Assembly (NCBI RefSeq): GCF_028368995.1
Contig: NZ_JAQNDL010000003.1
Span: forward strand, 480,001 to 544,000
Direction: 5' to 3'
DNA: 64,000 nt
Origin: Nannocystis bainbridge
GTDB lineage: Bacteria; Myxococcota_A; Polyangia; Nannocystales; Nannocystaceae
The notes under the pieces are model-generated. The model was not told where the DNA came from, made no database searches, and saw only the letters and a program-made list of their open reading frames with translations. Position 1 is the stretch's first letter; each line of letters begins with the position of its first letter. A program made the position numbers and the translations under genes. This document shows, one piece after another, positions 1 through 10,329 of the stretch.

Positions 1-264
1 CTCGTCCGCGGCGGCCGCGAGATCGCCCTCACCGCCCGCGAGTTCGCCCTGTGCAACCTCCTGTTCCGCCGCGTCGGCGAGGTCCTCACCCGCAGCGAGC
101 TGCTCGCTGCCGTGTGGGGCCCGAGCTTCGACGGCGAGCCCAACGTCCTCGACGTCTACGTCGGCTACCTGCGCACCAAGCTGGCCCAGCTCGGCGACGA
201 TGCCCCCACCATCCGCGCCCAGCGCGGCGTCGGCTTCCGCCTGCTCCCCGGGGGCGAGCGATGA
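1..264 (+). CDS. OmpR/PhoB-family response regulator, C-terminal wHTH (5' truncated by window)
   Basis: Frame 1 reads LTAREFALCNLLFRRVGEVLTRSELLAAVWG...NVLDVYVGYLRTKL...IRAQRGVGFRL, stop TGA 262-264; sits upstream of a histidine kinase. Confidence 0.92.
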   Translation, partial: LVRGGREIALTAREFALCNLLFRRVGEVLTRSELLAAVWGPSFDGEPNVLDVYVGYLRTKLAQLGDDAPTIRAQRGVGFRLLPGGER

Positions 265-271
265 TCGCCTC

Positions 272-349
272 AGGACATGTCCTCGAGGGCATGCCCCATC
301 GGCCATGTCCCTTGCGACATTCCCCGAAAGACATGCCCCCGAGGACAGC
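272..349. repeat. Array of 14-bp-periodic palindromes (TGTCC-n4-GGACA)
   Basis: CATG-like cores at 276, 290, 304, 318, 332, 346. Confidence 0.85.
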
Positions 350-388
350 TATCATCCCCCTCGCCGCTCCCGCCCCGCGAGGCCGCCG

Positions 389-1750
389 ATGACCCTGCGC
401 CGCCGGCTGCTCCTGTTCGGCGCCGTCCTCCCGGCCGCGCTGCTCGCCCTCGCCCTCTTCCTCATCGGCCTCGTGCTCGACCACCTCCTGCTCGAGTCGG
501 TCGATCGCGGCCTCACCTTGCAGGCCGCCAGCGAGTCCGTCAGCCTGTTCGATCGGCCAGGTCAGGACGCCCACCTCCACTTCGGCGACTCCCCGCTGGT
601 CGCCGACCTGCAGCGCCTGCACCACCAGGGCGCCCTCTACGGCCCCGGCGGCGCCCGCCTGCTCGCCTACCCCGCCGACACCTACGCCCCCGCTGCCCTC
701 ACCGCCGCCGACGTCGCCCGCGCCCCCGCCTTGCAGACGCGCGTGCTCGCCAGCGGCGAGCGCGTCCGCGAGCTCTCGCTCGCCATCGACTCCCCGCGCG
801 GCGAACCGCACGCGCTGTGGCTCGCCGTCTCGCTCGCCGCCAACGACGCCGCCCTCACCGCCTACGCCCGCGCCGCCGCCCTCATCGGCGCCGCCGTCAC
901 CCTGCTCATGCTCCTGCTGCAGGTCGCCCACGCCCGCGGCCTCGTCCACCGCGTGCAGCAGCTCCACGCCCACATGCAGCGCCTGCAGGAGGGCGACTTC
1001 TCGACCTTGCCGCCCGCCGATCCTGGCACCGACGTCATCGCCAGCCTGCGCCACGCCATCGCCGACGCCACTGACAAGCTGCGCACCGCCTCCGAGCTGC
1101 AGCACCGCCTCGTCGCCGACGCTGCCCACGAGCTGCGGACCCCGCTGACCGCCATGCGCATGGAGATCGACGTCACCCTGCGGCGCGAGCGGTCGCCCGA
1201 AGAGCTCGTCGACGCGCTCGCCCGCGTGCGCACCGAGGTCGACCGCCTCGGCGAGCTCGCCAGCAAGCTGCTGGCCATGGCCAGCCTGCGCCGGTCCGAG
1301 TGGGAGCGCGTCCCCCTCGACGCCGTCGCCAGCGTGCGCGACGCCCTCGCCAGCCACCGCGCCGTCGCCGAGCGCCGCGCCATCGCCCTCCACCTCCACG
1401 CCCCCGACGCTGCGCCGATCCGCGCCAACCCGGGCCCCCTGCGTCAGGCCGTCGACAACCTGCTCGCCAACGCCATCAAGTTCGCCCCGCCCGGCAGCGC
1501 CGTCGACATCACCGTGCGCGACGACGACACCGCGCTCGAGATCCTCGTCGAGGACCGCGGCCCCGGCGTCCCGCTCGAGCACCGCGAGACCATCTTCACC
1601 CCCTTCCGCCGCCTCCACCGCGGCGTCGACGGGGCAGGCCTCGGCCTCGCCATCGTCCGCGAGGTCGCCGAGGCCCACGGCGGCCGCGCCTGGGTCAGCG
1701 AGCGCCCCGGCGGCGGCGCCTGCTTCCACCTCGTCATCGCCCGCGCGTGA
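389..1750 (+). CDS. Two-component sensor histidine kinase (2 TM, HAMP, HisKA, HATPase_c)
   Basis: H-box ADAAHELRTPL, N-box NLLANAIKF, G1 VEDRGPGV, G2 GAGLGLAIV; start ATG 389 (MTLRRRLL). Confidence 0.95.
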   Translation: MTLRRRLLLFGAVLPAALLALALFLIGLVLDHLLLESVDRGLTLQAASESVSLFDRPGQDAHLHFGDSPLVADLQRLHHQGALYGPGGARLLAYPADTYAPAALTAADVARAPALQTRVLASGERVRELSLAIDSPRGEPHALWLAVSLAANDAALTAYARAAALIGAAVTLLMLLLQVAHARGLVHRVQQLHAHMQRLQEGDFSTLPPADPGTDVIASLRHAIADATDKLRTASELQHRLVADAAHELRTPLTAMRMEIDVTLRRERSPEELVDALARVRTEVDRLGELASKLLAMASLRRSEWERVPLDAVASVRDALASHRAVAERRAIALHLHAPDAAPIRANPGPLRQAVDNLLANAIKFAPPGSAVDITVRDDDTALEILVEDRGPGVPLEHRETIFTPFRRLHRGVDGAGLGLAIVREVAEAHGGRAWVSERPGGGACFHLVIARA

Positions 1751-1764
1751 GCAGCCCGCGCTCC

Positions 1765-1828
1765 GGGACATGTCCACAAGGACATGCCCCATGGAACACT
1801 GTCTTCAAGACATGTTCACAAGGACAGT
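1765..1828. repeat. 14-bp-periodic palindrome array
   Basis: Cores at 1769, 1783, 1797, 1811, 1825. Confidence 0.85.
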
Positions 1829-1972
1829 GCGCCAGACCGGCTGACGCGGAGCTCGAGCAGTCGGGTTGCGACCTCATGGAATATGTCCCCCCGGACAGCT
1901 CGTCCTCCACGTCCGCACGGCGACGTCCGAGCCAGGCGTCCGCGACCGCTGGCCCCCGAGGGGGTCGCGCGT

Positions 1973-2326
1973 TCACCCTTCTGGCGCGACCGTCAGCTCG
2001 GTCTGCAGTTCGACATCCGCGAAGGAGCGGATCGTGATCACGCGACAGGCCCGCACGACCCCGCGCAGGCGGCGGACCTCGCGAGACTCGCTCGACAGCC
2101 CCTCGCTGACATCGAACGGCTCCTTGGGGCGCTTGAAGCCGGGCGTGATGAGCAGTCGATCGGACAGGTACACGATCCCGGTGTCGAGATCGGTGATGAC
2201 CGGCTCATGCGGCCGGTCCTGGCGGCTCTCACCGAACAGCCCGCCGGTCACGCGCTGGTACCACACCACCTCCACGCGATGCCCGACGGGAACCGCCGCC
2301 TGGTAGATGACCACGATCTTCTGCAT
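1973..2326 (-). CDS. Hypothetical protein (117 aa)
   Basis: Globular-looking ORF MQKIVVIYQAAV...; TACCAT -10-like hexamer 7 nt before ATG. Confidence 0.7.
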   Translation of the reverse strand: MQKIVVIYQAAVPVGHRVEVVWYQRVTGGLFGESRQDRPHEPVITDLDTGIVYLSDRLLITPGFKRPKEPFDVSEGLSSESREVRRLRGVVRACRVITIRSFADVELQTELTVAPEG

Positions 2327-2676
2327 GCCGCGGATGGTAGCCCGCCGACCCTCGCGCATGCACGCCCCGAGAGTGACGCCCGCGCAAGACTCACGACCAC
2401 GAGCATGCCCGATGCTCGATCGCGCCTTTGTTTCGAGCGCTCGCCGCGAGTCGAGCGTCGCTCGATCGTGCCCTTGCTTCGAACGCTCGCCGCGAATCAC
2501 GCGTCGCGCTCACTCGCTCCGAGCGACCGCCGCGAGACCTCGGCGCGGCGTGCCCCTCACCGCCTCGCTCTGCGCTTCGGAGCAGCAGCGACCCGCTTCG
2601 AACCGCCCTCTCGCGCTCGTCCATGCGACCCGCACTTTTCGCTTCGCGTGACGCCTCGAGCGCTCCCCTCACCGCC

Positions 2677-5022
2677 TCAACCGTCCGCCCGCGGCGTCTC
2701 GTCGAGCAGCCGCAGCGACCGGTCGGCGCACAGCTCGAAGCGCGGCCATCGCTCGGGCGTCTCGGCCCACAACGCTTCGCCTTCACGGTCGACGAATTCG
2801 CCGCGCAGGAACTCGATCATCGCGAACGCTCCCCACAGCCGCCGCACCCGCCCCGAACCCCACGCCGCGAGCTTCTGCGCCCGCGCGCTCGGCCGCGGCC
2901 ACCCACGTACCTCGACCTGGCTCGCCAGCATGCGAAACTTCTGTGCCTGATGGGCCAGCCGCTCCGGCCGCAGCACCGCCTCCAAAAAAGCACCCGAGCG
3001 CAGGCTCATGCGCGGCAGCCACTGCGCCGCCGTCGCGGGCTCGCGCATCAGCGAGTCATACGCCGCGCGCCCCTCCGCGATCACGTGCCGCACCAGCAGG
3101 TTCAGGTGTTGATGCGTCTCGACGTCGAGCGGCGCCGCCCGCAGCCCCAGGATCGCCCGCAGGCCCCCCGCCACGAACAGCCGCTCGCAGCGGGCCATCC
3201 CCAGCAGCGCGTAGCGGCCGATCAGCCGCTCGAAGCGATCGCGCTGCCCCGCGCTCCAGCGCTCGCGCACCTGCCTCGTCAGCCCTGGCAGCTGCGACCA
3301 GTCCTTGCGATCGGTCGCCGCGAACATCGGCACGAACTCGTCCCACAGCGCGCCCACGTCGTCCGCCGTCAGCTCCGGCGCATGCGAGCACACCAGCGCG
3401 TGCGGGTCCTCGCCGGCCGCCGCGCGGCGCAGCAGCGGCCCCACACGCGAGCGGCGGATCCACGTCCAGTCCTCCGGCGCCCATAGCTCCGGCGGCGGCG
3501 GCCTGCCATCGAGCCACTCGTCGTCCACGCGCGCGCGCGGCAGGTGCGGCCCGACCAGCGTCCTTCGCCACCACGCCCCGCTCGCGCGCTGCTCCGCCGG
3601 CGTCGTCGGCTCCAGCATGTACATGCGCACCCGCGCCGCTCGCGGCGCCCCGCGCTCGCGCGGCAGCGAATCGCCGAAGCACAGCGGCGAGCGCAGCTGC
3701 CCCGCCAGCACCCGCCGCATCAATCGCCCCGCCCCCGAGCAGCGCGCATGCCCGTACGGATCCCAGCGCCCCGTCAAGTTGCGCAGCACGCTGGCCTCGT
3801 GGAACCCCGTCGCCTCGTACACGATCGCGTGGTCGAAGCGCGGGTGATGCGGCGCCACCCACCGAGGCGGCGAGCGCTCGGTCGTCGGCCACCAGCGCGG
3901 CGTCAGCGTGTGCCACTCGACCTCGTCCCACGTCACCTCGAGCGCGGGGCTCATCTTGATCGCCGGCGCCGAGCGGGGCGGAAACACCCCGTACGCGTGC
4001 AGCCACCGCAGCGGCTGCAGCCCCCGGAACACCACGATCGGCCAGCGCAACGCCGCCGGCACCGCCCGCTCCCACCACGGCCACAGCGTCCACGTGAACG
4101 ACGCCCACGTGTTCAGCGGCAGGCACAGCAGCGCCCCGAACGTATGCACCACGATGAGCCCCTGCAGCGCCAGCGTCGACGCCGGCAGCCCCGGCGCGAA
4201 CAGCTGCAGCGGCGCCGAAGCCGTCGCGCTGTCGAAGCACACCCCGCACAGCGCGATCGTCAGCAGGTTGAAGAACCCGTAGTTGCCGGTCGCCGCGATC
4301 GCCAGCATCAGCCCCGCCGTCGCCAGCGCGAACACCACGCTGGCCGGCCCCGGCACGAACACCGCGAACGGCAGCACCACCTCGATCGCAAACAGCAGCA
4401 CCAGCGCGCCCTTGTGCACCCACATCGGCGCGCGGTGGACCAGCCACCCGAGCGGCGTCGGCAGCGGCTGGCGGATCACGAACCCGTGGAGGAATCCCGC
4501 GTCGGCCGGCGTCGAGCCGGCGAACTTTTGCTTGCCGAACCCGAACATCACCCGGAACAGCAGCAGCCGGAACAGCCACGCCAGCGCCGGCGTCGGCGCC
4601 CCGCTGGCCGCGACCTCGGGGGCCCATGCCAGCGCCGGCAGGAACATGGCCCAAAAGCCAGCTTCGAGCAGCAGGCTGTCCCACGGGTACACCAGCACCA
4701 CCGCCCGATCGAGCGACAGATAGAGCGCCCAGCAGGCCAGGAACGCCAGCGGCGTGTGCGGCCCGCCGACGACGATCGTCAGCGCCGCAGCCAGCCCCAG
4801 CCACGGCAGCGCGCGCAGCCAGCGATCGCCGGCGTGCAGCCACAGCAACCCCGGAAAATACAGCCAGCGGCGCGGCGCCGCGAAGTCGCGCCGGATCGCC
4901 GCCATCAGCTCCGCCACCGGCGCCACCCCCTCGCGCCCCGCGAGCGGCACGACCTGGAACGTCAGCGAAGCGAACGCGATCGCGTACACCACCCCGATCC
5001 CGCGCGCCACGAGCCCCCACAC
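2677..5022 (-). CDS. Lipase maturation factor (LMF1) family membrane protein with C-terminal extension
   Basis: YAIAFASL..QVVPLAG, YPWDSLLLEAGF, LLFRVMFGFGKQK, QPLPTPLGW, TGNYGFFNLLT, APHHPRFD motifs; start uncertain. Confidence 0.88.
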   Translation of the reverse strand: MWGLVARGIGVVYAIAFASLTFQVVPLAGREGVAPVAELMAAIRRDFAAPRRWLYFPGLLWLHAGDRWLRALPWLGLAAALTIVVGGPHTPLAFLACWALYLSLDRAVVLVYPWDSLLLEAGFWAMFLPALAWAPEVAASGAPTPALAWLFRLLLFRVMFGFGKQKFAGSTPADAGFLHGFVIRQPLPTPLGWLVHRAPMWVHKGALVLLFAIEVVLPFAVFVPGPASVVFALATAGLMLAIAATGNYGFFNLLTIALCGVCFDSATASAPLQLFAPGLPASTLALQGLIVVHTFGALLCLPLNTWASFTWTLWPWWERAVPAALRWPIVVFRGLQPLRWLHAYGVFPPRSAPAIKMSPALEVTWDEVEWHTLTPRWWPTTERSPPRWVAPHHPRFDHAIVYEATGFHEASVLRNLTGRWDPYGHARCSGAGRLMRRVLAGQLRSPLCFGDSLPRERGAPRAARVRMYMLEPTTPAEQRASGAWWRRTLVGPHLPRARVDDEWLDGRPPPPELWAPEDWTWIRRSRVGPLLRRAAAGEDPHALVCSHAPELTADDVGALWDEFVPMFAATDRKDWSQLPGLTRQVRERWSAGQRDRFERLIGRYALLGMARCERLFVAGGLRAILGLRAAPLDVETHQHLNLLVRHVIAEGRAAYDSLMREPATAAQWLPRMSLRSGAFLEAVLRPERLAHQAQKFRMLASQVEVRGWPRPSARAQKLAAWGSGRVRRLWGAFAMIEFLRGEFVDREGEALWAETPERWPRFELCADRSLRLLDETPRADG

Positions 5023-5307
5023 CAGCTCCGGCGACGCGTGAGCGAGTTGGTCGAGGACCTCGATGCCGGCAGGCTCGCACGGACCCCGCCCACGAGCAAG
5101 CCGGCCATGAGCCCGCCGCCCGGCGCTTCACGACGCCTAAAACCTGTCCTCAAGGACATCTTCTAAAGTAGAACTCGCGAGAGCAGCCTGGCCCCGACCT
5201 CGCCGCCTCCGAAACCTGTCCTCAAGGACATCTCCGTGCCCGCGATGAGCAGGCCGACTCGACCTCGCCGTCTCCCGGACCCCACCTTCACCTGCGATCC
5301 GCCCGCA

Positions 5308-5865
5308 TCACCGCGGAGCGAGACCCAGCGCCTCGGCGATTCGCGTCAGCTCGGCCTGCACCTCCGCCGACGGATCGCCCTCGGCCAGCCACGCCGACAG
5401 CTCCGCGCGCGCCGCCGGCCCGTCCAGCAGCTCGAGCGCGTCGGCCAACGACATCCGCAGCTCCGCATCGGCGTGGCGTCGCGTCACGCGCTGCAGCAGC
5501 GGCTCCGTCACCGCCTGCACCCCGGTATCGCCGAGTGCGTCGATCGCCTCGGCCGGCCCGTCGGCGTCCATGCAGGCCAGCAGCTCGCGCGCGACCGGCT
5601 CCGGGCGTTGCTTCGCCAGGTACTGCAGCAGCATCGCCGCGTCGTTGCCCACGAACCCGTCGAACAGCGACCGACTGCCGCGCAGGTGCCGGATCAGCGT
5701 CACCAGCAGCGGCACCGCCGTCTCGTCCATGCGCGCCGCCAGGGCCGAGTACTGCGCCTCACACTCCGCCAGGCTCGACGGCAGGTCCGCGAACGGCCCG
5801 TGCATCGAGGCCAGCTCCTGGTAGAGCTGTTCCACATCGCGGAAGTGCAGCGGCGTCGCGGTCAT
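5308..5865 (-). CDS. HEAT-repeat-like helical protein
   Basis: AIDALGDTG..AVTEPLL and LRMSLADALELL..PAARAEL HEAT-like units; ATG 5865. Confidence 0.6.
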   Translation of the reverse strand: MTATPLHFRDVEQLYQELASMHGPFADLPSSLAECEAQYSALAARMDETAVPLLVTLIRHLRGSRSLFDGFVGNDAAMLLQYLAKQRPEPVARELLACMDADGPAEAIDALGDTGVQAVTEPLLQRVTRRHADAELRMSLADALELLDGPAARAELSAWLAEGDPSAEVQAELTRIAEALGLAPR

Positions 5866-5985
5866 CGCGCGAGCTTGCCACGGCCGCCGCAAAACGGCCA
5901 AGCCTCCCCGAGACATGTCCCCGGGGACAGGCCCTTTCATGCGCAGCGCGAGCCTCGGCCCGCGCTGTCCTCTATACTCTCGCCG

Positions 5986-7596
5986 ATGCCGAGCGACCTC
6001 GAGCGCGTCCTCGCCTACCACGAGCGCACCGCCCACCGGCCTGGTCGTTACGCCGCCTCGCTCGGCTACCTCGACTGGGCCACCCAGCCCAACCCCTTCC
6101 GCCTCTACGACGGCGCCGAGCGTCACCCGCTCCCGCGCGCCCATCCACATGTCTCCGAGGACAGCCCGACCTGGGCCGACCTGTTCCGCGGCCCCGTGCG
6201 CCCCCCCGCCGCGCTCGACCTCGACCTGCTCGGCTCGCTGTCCTTCCACGCCTTCGCCCTCGCCGCCTGGAAGCAGGCCGGCAGCTCGCGCTGGTCCCTG
6301 CGCGTCAACCCCTCGAGCGGCAACCTCCACCCGACCGAGGTCTACCTGCTCGCTGGCCCGCTCGTCGGCCTGTCCGATCGGCCAGGTCTCTACCACTACA
6401 CCCCCCTGCTCCACGCCCTCGAGCGCCGCGCCGCCCTCGATCCCGACGCATGGCGAGCCCTCGAATTCCCCGGCGTCCTCGTCGGCCTGTCGTCGATCGC
6501 CTGGCGCGAGGCCTGGAAGTACGGCGAGCGGGCCTTCCGCTACTGCAACCACGACGTCGGCCACGCCATCGCCGCGCTCGCCTTCGCCGCCGCGCTCCAC
6601 GGCTGGCGCGCCGTGCTCGTCGATCCGCTGGCCGACGATCGCCTCGCCGCCGTGCTCGGCCTCGCCGACCTCGGCGAAGGCGACGAGGCCGAGCACCCCG
6701 ACTGCCTGCTCGCCCTCCTGCCCGCCGACATCCCGCTGACCCTCGACCCCGCCGCCGTCCTCGACCTCACCCCGGCCGCGCTCACGGGCGTCCCCAACCA
6801 GCTCAGCGAGGGTCACCACGAGTGGCCGATCCTCGCGGAGATCGCCGCCGCCACGACCCACCCCGCCGCCACCCCGCGCCCGTGGCCGCCCCCGCCGCGT
6901 CCCCGCGCGTGCGACCTCGAGGTCCCGGCCGCGCCGTTGATCCGCCGCCGCCGCAGCGCCGTCGCCATGGACGGCCGCACCGGCCTCACCGCGGCTGGCT
7001 TTTACGACATGCTCTTGCGGACATTGCCCGAAGGACAGCCGTTCGCCGCGCTCCCGTGGCGCCCGGCGGTCGACCTGGCGCTGATGGTCCACCGCGTCGC
7101 GGACGTCGAGCCCGGCCTCTACCTGCTCGTCCGCGAGCCCGCCCGCGCCGACCGCTGGCGCGCCGCCCTGCCCGACGCCACGTGGCAGGCCCCGCCCGGG
7201 TGCCCGCCCGAGCTGCCGCTCGTCAGCGTGCGCGCCGGCGACGTCCGCCGCCCCGCCGCCCTCGTCAGCTGCGCCCAGGACATCGCCGCCGACGGGGCCT
7301 TCGCCGCCGCCATGTTCGTCGACCTGCGCGCCGAGCTCGAGCGCGAGGGCCCGGCCCACTACCGGCGCCTGTTCTGGGAGACCGGCGCGATAGGTCAGCT
7401 GCTCTACCTCGAAGCCGAGGCCCTCGGCATCGCCGCCACCGGCATCGGCTGCTTCTTCGACGCGCCCACCCGCGACCTGCTCGGCCTGCCTGAAGCCGAC
7501 GGCCTGCGCAGCCTCTACCACTTCACCGTCGGCGGCCGCGTCGAAGACGACCGCCTGCGCACCCACGACGCCTACCACCACCTCGAGCGATCGTGA
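5986..7596 (+). CDS. SagB/ThcOx-family nitroreductase-like dehydrogenase (two domains)
   Basis: YHERT, LDWATQPNPFR, LRVNPSSGNLHPTEVY, WKYGERAFRY..HDVGH, IRRRRSA, GIGCFFD; TATACT 7 nt upstream of ATG. Confidence 0.92.
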   Translation: MPSDLERVLAYHERTAHRPGRYAASLGYLDWATQPNPFRLYDGAERHPLPRAHPHVSEDSPTWADLFRGPVRPPAALDLDLLGSLSFHAFALAAWKQAGSSRWSLRVNPSSGNLHPTEVYLLAGPLVGLSDRPGLYHYTPLLHALERRAALDPDAWRALEFPGVLVGLSSIAWREAWKYGERAFRYCNHDVGHAIAALAFAAALHGWRAVLVDPLADDRLAAVLGLADLGEGDEAEHPDCLLALLPADIPLTLDPAAVLDLTPAALTGVPNQLSEGHHEWPILAEIAAATTHPAATPRPWPPPPRPRACDLEVPAAPLIRRRRSAVAMDGRTGLTAAGFYDMLLRTLPEGQPFAALPWRPAVDLALMVHRVADVEPGLYLLVREPARADRWRAALPDATWQAPPGCPPELPLVSVRAGDVRRPAALVSCAQDIAADGAFAAAMFVDLRAELEREGPAHYRRLFWETGAIGQLLYLEAEALGIAATGIGCFFDAPTRDLLGLPEADGLRSLYHFTVGGRVEDDRLRTHDAYHHLERS

Positions 7597-7615
7597 GCGA
7601 CGCCCACGACCCCGC

Positions 7616-7760
7616 CACCCTCGACGCCTATCACTGCCGTGAGCGCCCGTGAGCTCGGCGTCGCGCCGGACGATGCCCGGCGCACCCCGACGCCCATCAC
7701 TGCCTCGAGCGCCTGTGAGCTCGGCGGCCGCATCGACGACTCCGCCTGCGCACCCTCGAC
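7616..7760. repeat. Degenerate ~66-bp direct repeat (2 copies), intergenic
   Basis: CGACGCC(T/C)ATCACTGCC..GAGCGCC(C/T)GTGAGCTCGGCG occurs twice. Confidence 0.6.
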
Positions 7761-8019
7761 GTACCGCCGCGCCGACGCCCCGCTTCATACCTTTGACGCC
7801 TGACCATGGCCGCGAACGCCGGCGCCGACGACCACGCCGGCGTCCCCTCGACGCCCGCCAGCGCCTCGAGGGTCTTTCAGCTCGGCGGCCACGCCGATGT
7901 CACCGCCGCTCACCGCGAGCACCCGTAGAGCGCGGCCGCGTCGACGAGACCTACCAGCGCGCAGGCCCTCGATGCCCGCCGCTGCCGCGAGCGCCCCCGC
8001 GCCGGCGGTTCCGGGCCCA

Positions 8020-10326
8020 TCAGGCGGACTGCTCGCGGCTCGTGACGAGCGCATCGCTCGTCACGATACTTTCAGACATGCCCTCAGGAGCATGTCCTTT
8101 AGAGCATGTCTCTTTCGACATATCCTGAAGAACATGCTCGATGCGCCAGGCGTGCCAGCTCTCCCCGCCGAGCACGTCGACCAACCGGACCCGCGCCACC
8201 CACGGCCCCTCGCCGGTGAGCGCGAGCCACCCGCTGTCGGCGTCGAGCTCCCGCCGGTTCCGTGTCCGCGCCGCCGCGAACGCCGGGCGATGCGGCGACT
8301 GTCCCTCGCCGGCCTCCGCGATCGGCCGAGCGACGATGGCCCAGGACGCCGACCCCGCGCCGGCACTCTCCCCGGACGCCAGACCCTCCGGTGCAACCGC
8401 AGCCACCCGCGCCTGCGCCTCGCCGACACTCTCCCCCGATGCAGCCGCAGCCGCCCGCGAAGCCTCGCCCGCCAGCGCCGGCTCCTGCTCCGAAGTCTCC
8501 GCGTCCGCTTGCACTTCGCCGCTGCGAACGCCTCGTGTCGAGGCTTCGCCCGCCGCCGAACAAGCCGCGCCCTCTCCCGCCTCTGACAGTCCCGTCTCGC
8601 CGTCCGCGACGCGAGCCACCGCGCCGATCGCCGGCGACGCCGTCGCAAATTCGACCGACCACGCCTCGACCGCCGCGCGAGCATCCCCCGCCGTCGCCAG
8701 CGCCGCCGTCGCCCGCGTCGGCGCCGAGAACCGCGCCCCCTCCAGAGTCGCCTGCACGCGCAACCCCGGGCCCGCCGCCGCGACCGCGAACGTCACCGCG
8801 ACCACCGGCCGCTCGCTCCACGGCGGCTCCCCGGCGTGCCCGCGCGGGTCGAGCAGGGCGCGCCGCAGCTGCAGGCAGACCACGCTCACGCCTGTCCCTT
8901 CGGCCAGCTCGGTGCCGGCCGGGAAACTCCACGCCCACGCCATCACCTCGAGCTTGCGCAGCCCGAGCCCCGCCGCGCTCGTCGCTGCCGCCGCCACCTC
9001 CGCGGCCGTCACCTCCCCGTCGAGCGGCCCGACCCACACCGCAGTGTCCCCCGCGATCCCCGTCACCCCGCCCGCGGCCGCCGCCCTGGCAGCGTCGCCG
9101 GCGATCTCCATCACTCCGCCGGTTGCCGCCGCCCTGGCAGCGTCCGCCGCGTTCCTCGTCACCCCGCCGGTTGCCGCCGCCCCGGCAGCGTCCCCCGCGT
9201 TCCCCGTCACCCCGCCCGCCGCCTGCGCCCCGCGCAGCCGCAGCACCGCGGCCGGCCACGGATCGGCCTGTCCCGAGAGCCAGATTGCGCGCTCCGCCGG
9301 CCCCAGCCCGGCGCGCACGAACCCGATACCTGGCTTTTCGGCCATGCGCGCGTGGGCCAGCTCGATCGCCGCGGCCGCGCTGTCGCAGCCGATCCATCGC
9401 CGCCCCAGCGCGTGCGCGGCCGCCAGCGTGGTCCCGGCGCCGCAGAAGAAATCGGCCACCAGCCCGCCGGGGTTCGAGCTGGCGGCGACGATCCGGCGCA
9501 GCAGGCTCTCGTTCTTCTGCGTGGCCCAGCCGGTCTTCTCGCGCGAAAAACTCTTGATCTGGATCGAGTCGAGCGAGTCGCCGCCGCGCAGCCGCCACTC
9601 GGCCGGGCTCGCGTTCCACACGTCCTCGACCGGCACGCCGCCCTGCTGGTCGGCCTCGCCCTTGCGCCGCCGGTACTCGCTCGGGTGCGCGTTGACCTGG
9701 CGGTGGAACACGAACCGCTGCGGGTCCTTGACGTAGAAGTAGATGAGGTCGTGGTTGCGGATCCAGTTGTTGGCCCGCGCCTTGAACCCCGAGATCCAGC
9801 CGACCCGCCACACGATCTCGCGCTGGAAACAGCCGGGCCCGAAGATCTCGTCGAGCAGCAGCTTCACCGCGTGACCGACGATCGGGTCGACGTGCACGTA
9901 GAGGCTGCCGTGCGGCGCCAGCAGGCGGTGGATCCGCCGCAGCCGCGGGTCCAGCATCTGCAGCAGCCCCGCGACCCCGCCGGGCCAGCGATCGCTGTAG
10001 GCCCGCGAGCGCAGCTCCGGCCCCTCCGCGTCGGCCCCGACCCGCGTCGTCCGCTCGAACTCGTGGCCGGTCGCGAACGGCGGGTCGATGTACACCAGGT
10101 CGATCGCCCCCGCGTGCGTCGCCATCAGCGCGTCCATCGCCAGCAGGTTGTCGCCGCCGACCAGCAGCCCCGGCGCCCGCGTCGGCTCGGCCTCGACCCC
10201 GCCGATCACCTGCTCGACCTGCAGCCCCAGCGAGCGCGCGGGCACCTCGACGCGCGCGCCGTCAGGCCCGTACTTGCCCGGCCACACCACCTCGACCGCG
10301 CCGCTTGCCGATCGTGGACGCGGCAT
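8020..10326 (-). CDS. Orphan N6/N4 DNA methyltransferase (beta class, Mod-like) with low-complexity C-terminal half
   Basis: GDNL, IDLVYIDPPF, EIVW, TQKNESLLRRIV, VADFFCGAGTT, RRWIGCD; no adjacent Res/REase. Confidence 0.9.
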   Translation of the reverse strand: MPRPRSASGAVEVVWPGKYGPDGARVEVPARSLGLQVEQVIGGVEAEPTRAPGLLVGGDNLLAMDALMATHAGAIDLVYIDPPFATGHEFERTTRVGADAEGPELRSRAYSDRWPGGVAGLLQMLDPRLRRIHRLLAPHGSLYVHVDPIVGHAVKLLLDEIFGPGCFQREIVWRVGWISGFKARANNWIRNHDLIYFYVKDPQRFVFHRQVNAHPSEYRRRKGEADQQGGVPVEDVWNASPAEWRLRGGDSLDSIQIKSFSREKTGWATQKNESLLRRIVAASSNPGGLVADFFCGAGTTLAAAHALGRRWIGCDSAAAAIELAHARMAEKPGIGFVRAGLGPAERAIWLSGQADPWPAAVLRLRGAQAAGGVTGNAGDAAGAAATGGVTRNAADAARAAATGGVMEIAGDAARAAAAGGVTGIAGDTAVWVGPLDGEVTAAEVAAAATSAAGLGLRKLEVMAWAWSFPAGTELAEGTGVSVVCLQLRRALLDPRGHAGEPPWSERPVVAVTFAVAAAGPGLRVQATLEGARFSAPTRATAALATAGDARAAVEAWSVEFATASPAIGAVARVADGETGLSEAGEGAACSAAGEASTRGVRSGEVQADAETSEQEPALAGEASRAAAAASGESVGEAQARVAAVAPEGLASGESAGAGSASWAIVARPIAEAGEGQSPHRPAFAAARTRNRRELDADSGWLALTGEGPWVARVRLVDVLGGESWHAWRIEHVLQDMSKETCSKGHAPEGMSESIVTSDALVTSREQSA
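8073..8138. repeat. 14-bp-periodic palindrome array inside the MTase 3' end
   Basis: Cores at 8077, 8091, 8105, 8119, 8133. Confidence 0.85.
9045..9235 (-). repeat. Intragenic 48-bp (16-aa) tandem repeat, ~4 copies
   Basis: (AAA)(A/T)GGV(T/M)x(N/I)A(G/A)DAA(G/R) repeated in the MTase. Confidence 0.75.
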
Positions 10327-10329
10327 GTC